Part shown: positions 62,041 through 64,000 of the stretch, piece by piece
Numbering within the stretch: position 1 is the stretch's first letter
Layout: each line of letters begins with the position of its first letter
Source: Nannocystis bainbridge
GTDB lineage: Bacteria; Myxococcota_A; Polyangia; Nannocystales; Nannocystaceae
Length of the DNA stretch: 64,000 bases
Direction of reading: 5' to 3'
NCBI RefSeq assembly: GCF_028368995.1
Contig: NZ_JAQNDL010000001.1
Coordinates: 1,184,001-1,248,000, forward strand
Program-made: the position numbers and the translations under genes
Notes under the pieces: generated by a model
The model's input: only the letters and a program-made list of their open reading frames with translations
Told to the model about the DNA's origin: nothing
Database searches by the model: none

Positions 62041-62778
62041 TCACATCGTCGGGTCGTTCGGGTCGACGAGGCGGAGGTCGAGCTCCAATGTCCCGCCCAA
62101 AATTTCGGCGTATCGCCGGCACAGCTCGACGGCCTCTTCCATCCCCGAGAGCTCCAGCACCGCGAAGCCACCGATCAGCTCCTTCGACTCTGCGAATGGC
62201 CCGTCAAGCGTCCGCAAGTGGTTGTCGGTGAACACCATGCGCCTGGCCTCGGCGCTCGGGTGTAGCCGGAGAGATCGGACGAGCACGCCGGCCTTGATCA
62301 TCTCGGTCTTGAGGCGGGTGAGGCCGGCCTTCTGCTTCGAGCTGCGCCCGCCGGCCTCGGTCGCCTGGTCGGCCTTCTCGATCAGCAGCATCTGCAACGG
62401 CGGGTCCTCCGGCGCAGGCATCAGGCCGATGTCCCACGGCTCGTTGAGCTTCCCGAGCTCCAGTTCGCCGTCGCCGAGGATCTTGCCGTAGCGCTCGGCC
62501 CAGCCGATGGCCTCCTCGCGCGTGCGCACCTTGAGCAGGAGCATCGCCGCCGGGAGCTCGTTCTCACCGCGGTAGGGCCCGTGCTTCACCGTGCAACGCC
62601 CGTCGCAGAAAACGAGTCGGGTGCGCGTCTTGCTGGCACCCAGGCCGGCGCCGTCAACGAGGCGCCCCGCCTTTGCGTGCTCACCGACGAACTCGCCCAT
62701 CCTGGTGACGAGATCCATCGGCGGCGGGTGGCCCGCCTCGGTCTGCGGATCGTTCTTGTGCATGATCATGAAGCGCAT
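62041..62778 (-). CDS. YciI/DGPF-domain protein (tandem domains)
   Basis: MRFMIM...GAGL...HGPY; LHPSAEA...DGPFAESKELIGGF. Confidence 0.9.
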   Translation of the reverse strand: MRFMIMHKNDPQTEAGHPPPMDLVTRMGEFVGEHAKAGRLVDGAGLGASKTRTRLVFCDGRCTVKHGPYRGENELPAAMLLLKVRTREEAIGWAERYGKILGDGELELGKLNEPWDIGLMPAPEDPPLQMLLIEKADQATEAGGRSSKQKAGLTRLKTEMIKAGVLVRSLRLHPSAEARRMVFTDNHLRTLDGPFAESKELIGGFAVLELSGMEEAVELCRRYAEILGGTLELDLRLVDPNDPTM

Positions 62779-62853
62779 GGTGAACTCCTACGTGGGCTGC
62801 AAGCGGTGTTCGTGGTCCGTCCGGGCCGGCACCTGCCTGCCCTTCACCCACAC

Positions 62854-62880
62854 GACGAACGACGCTCGCGCCGAACGACA
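62854..62880 (-). promoter_or_regulatory. ECF42-type promoter candidate
   Basis: TGTCGT-N17-CGTC upstream of the DGPF gene. Confidence 0.5.
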
Positions 62881-63159
62881 CGACCCGTCGATCTTTTTGC
62901 AACCACGCGGAACTGCTTCAAAAATAGAATCTGGACGGCGGCGGTCCGATGCCGCGTGGCGGGTAGTCGTCGCCGGTTTGCCGCGTCGCATGCCGTGAAT
63001 TTCTCGGAAAATCCAGGCGAATGCCGGATGTGAACGACCTCGCTCTTTGTTGCCCGCAGCGCCCTCAGCGGTCGCTAGTACAGCCGGCCCGAAGTTCTCC
63101 AGGGGTTCATGCGAGCTGTTCCGTCCTGGATCCACCCGGATCCATCGCCAGGACGATTC

Positions 63160-63540
63160 AGGCGACGGAATAGGCCCCGGCGAACATCCCGTCGAGGTGG
63201 CGCGGCGCCTGCGAGCCGAACCCGGACCACTTCGCCCGCGCTGCGCGGCGAACAGCTCGCCGCACTGCGGCGAGAAGAATTGGTCGACGCGGGTCCAGTT
63301 CTGGATCGCGTCGCAGGTGATCAGGATCCCGCCGTCGCGGGCGAGCAGGACCGCGGCCTCGGGGAAGCGGGCCGAGCGGAACTCGAAGACGCCGTCCGCG
63401 AGCGGGAACGGGCCGCCGGGCGCGAGGGTCCGTGCCGTCGCGGCCGTAGGCGTGCGTCGCCGCCGGCAGCGCTCACAGCCGTAGCGGTCGCAGTAGAACG
63501 GGTCGTCGCGGCCGTGGAAGGCGGACAGGAGAATGACAGA
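63160..63540 (-). pseudogene. Relic of a metallo-beta-lactamase-like hypothetical protein
   Basis: SAFHGRDDPFYCDRYG...PEAAVLLARDGGILITCDAIQNW; no start seen. Confidence 0.45.
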
Positions 63541-64000
63541 CTGCCGTTCATAGTGAACGTCACGTCCTCACACGGCGCCGGAGCTCGACGCCGATGCTGC
63601 CGTCGATCGTGATGTCGCCGCCCGTCGCCGCGTGCGTTCCTTGAGGGCGCGTTGCGGTAGGTCCGCTCGCGGGAGGCTCGCTCGACCAGGACGGCGCGGG
63701 CGTCGACGTTCAGGACCGAGGGGGTCGTGCCAGTGGCAGTCGCCGTGGCCGTCGATGGCGTCGCAAAGCCTCGGCTTTGAACCGCGTCGTGACGAGTTCG
63801 GCCTCGAGGCGCTACCAGGCATCTCGGAGGCTCGAGGATGGACGACGACGAGAAACTGGACGATCGCTACGCCGCGGAGAGGGGTCCGCGCGATCAGAAG
63901 CAGTCGAGGTCCTCGGGGGGGCATTCCAGGGTGTTGTTCTGGAAGATCGCGTCGACGGGTACGGCGCAGTACTCGTCCTCGAGGCAGAGATCGAGGGAGG

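Overview
GC-rich bacterial DNA; gene content suggests a Nannocystis-like myxobacterium (inference). Three zones. (1) 1-21.9 kb is an accessory region full of IS relics (IS3, IS1380, IS21, IS66, IS91-like, a MITE) and gene fragments. Its recognisable cargo is a single ORF fusing a class I terpene synthase, a class II terpene cyclase and a BBE-like FAD oxidase, plus a WGR-SMI1/KNR4 protein, an orphan salicylate synthase, an EF-hand protein, a methyltransferase and a tandem family of Cys-clasped HAF-like repeat proteins. (2) About 22.1-47.7 kb is an integrated element: a tyrosine integrase with a lox/dif-like core site, an excisionase-like HTH gene, a frameshifted ~2300-aa DarB-like methylase-helicase, two membrane-anchored cell-wall hydrolases, an SDH protease, many tail-anchored membrane proteins and two beta-rich candidate virion proteins. 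I see no terminase, portal, tail, relaxase or T4SS genes, so this is the best candidate for an undescribed system, possibly a tailless lipid-containing provirus. (3) 48-64 kb holds a CzcCBA-like RND pump flanked by two two-component systems, a poly-acidic VNTR lipoprotein, an IS21-derived MITE with a 5-bp target duplication, kup and a YciI/DGPF gene. No rRNA, tRNA or CRISPR array was seen. All calls are by-eye motif recognition; no searches were run.
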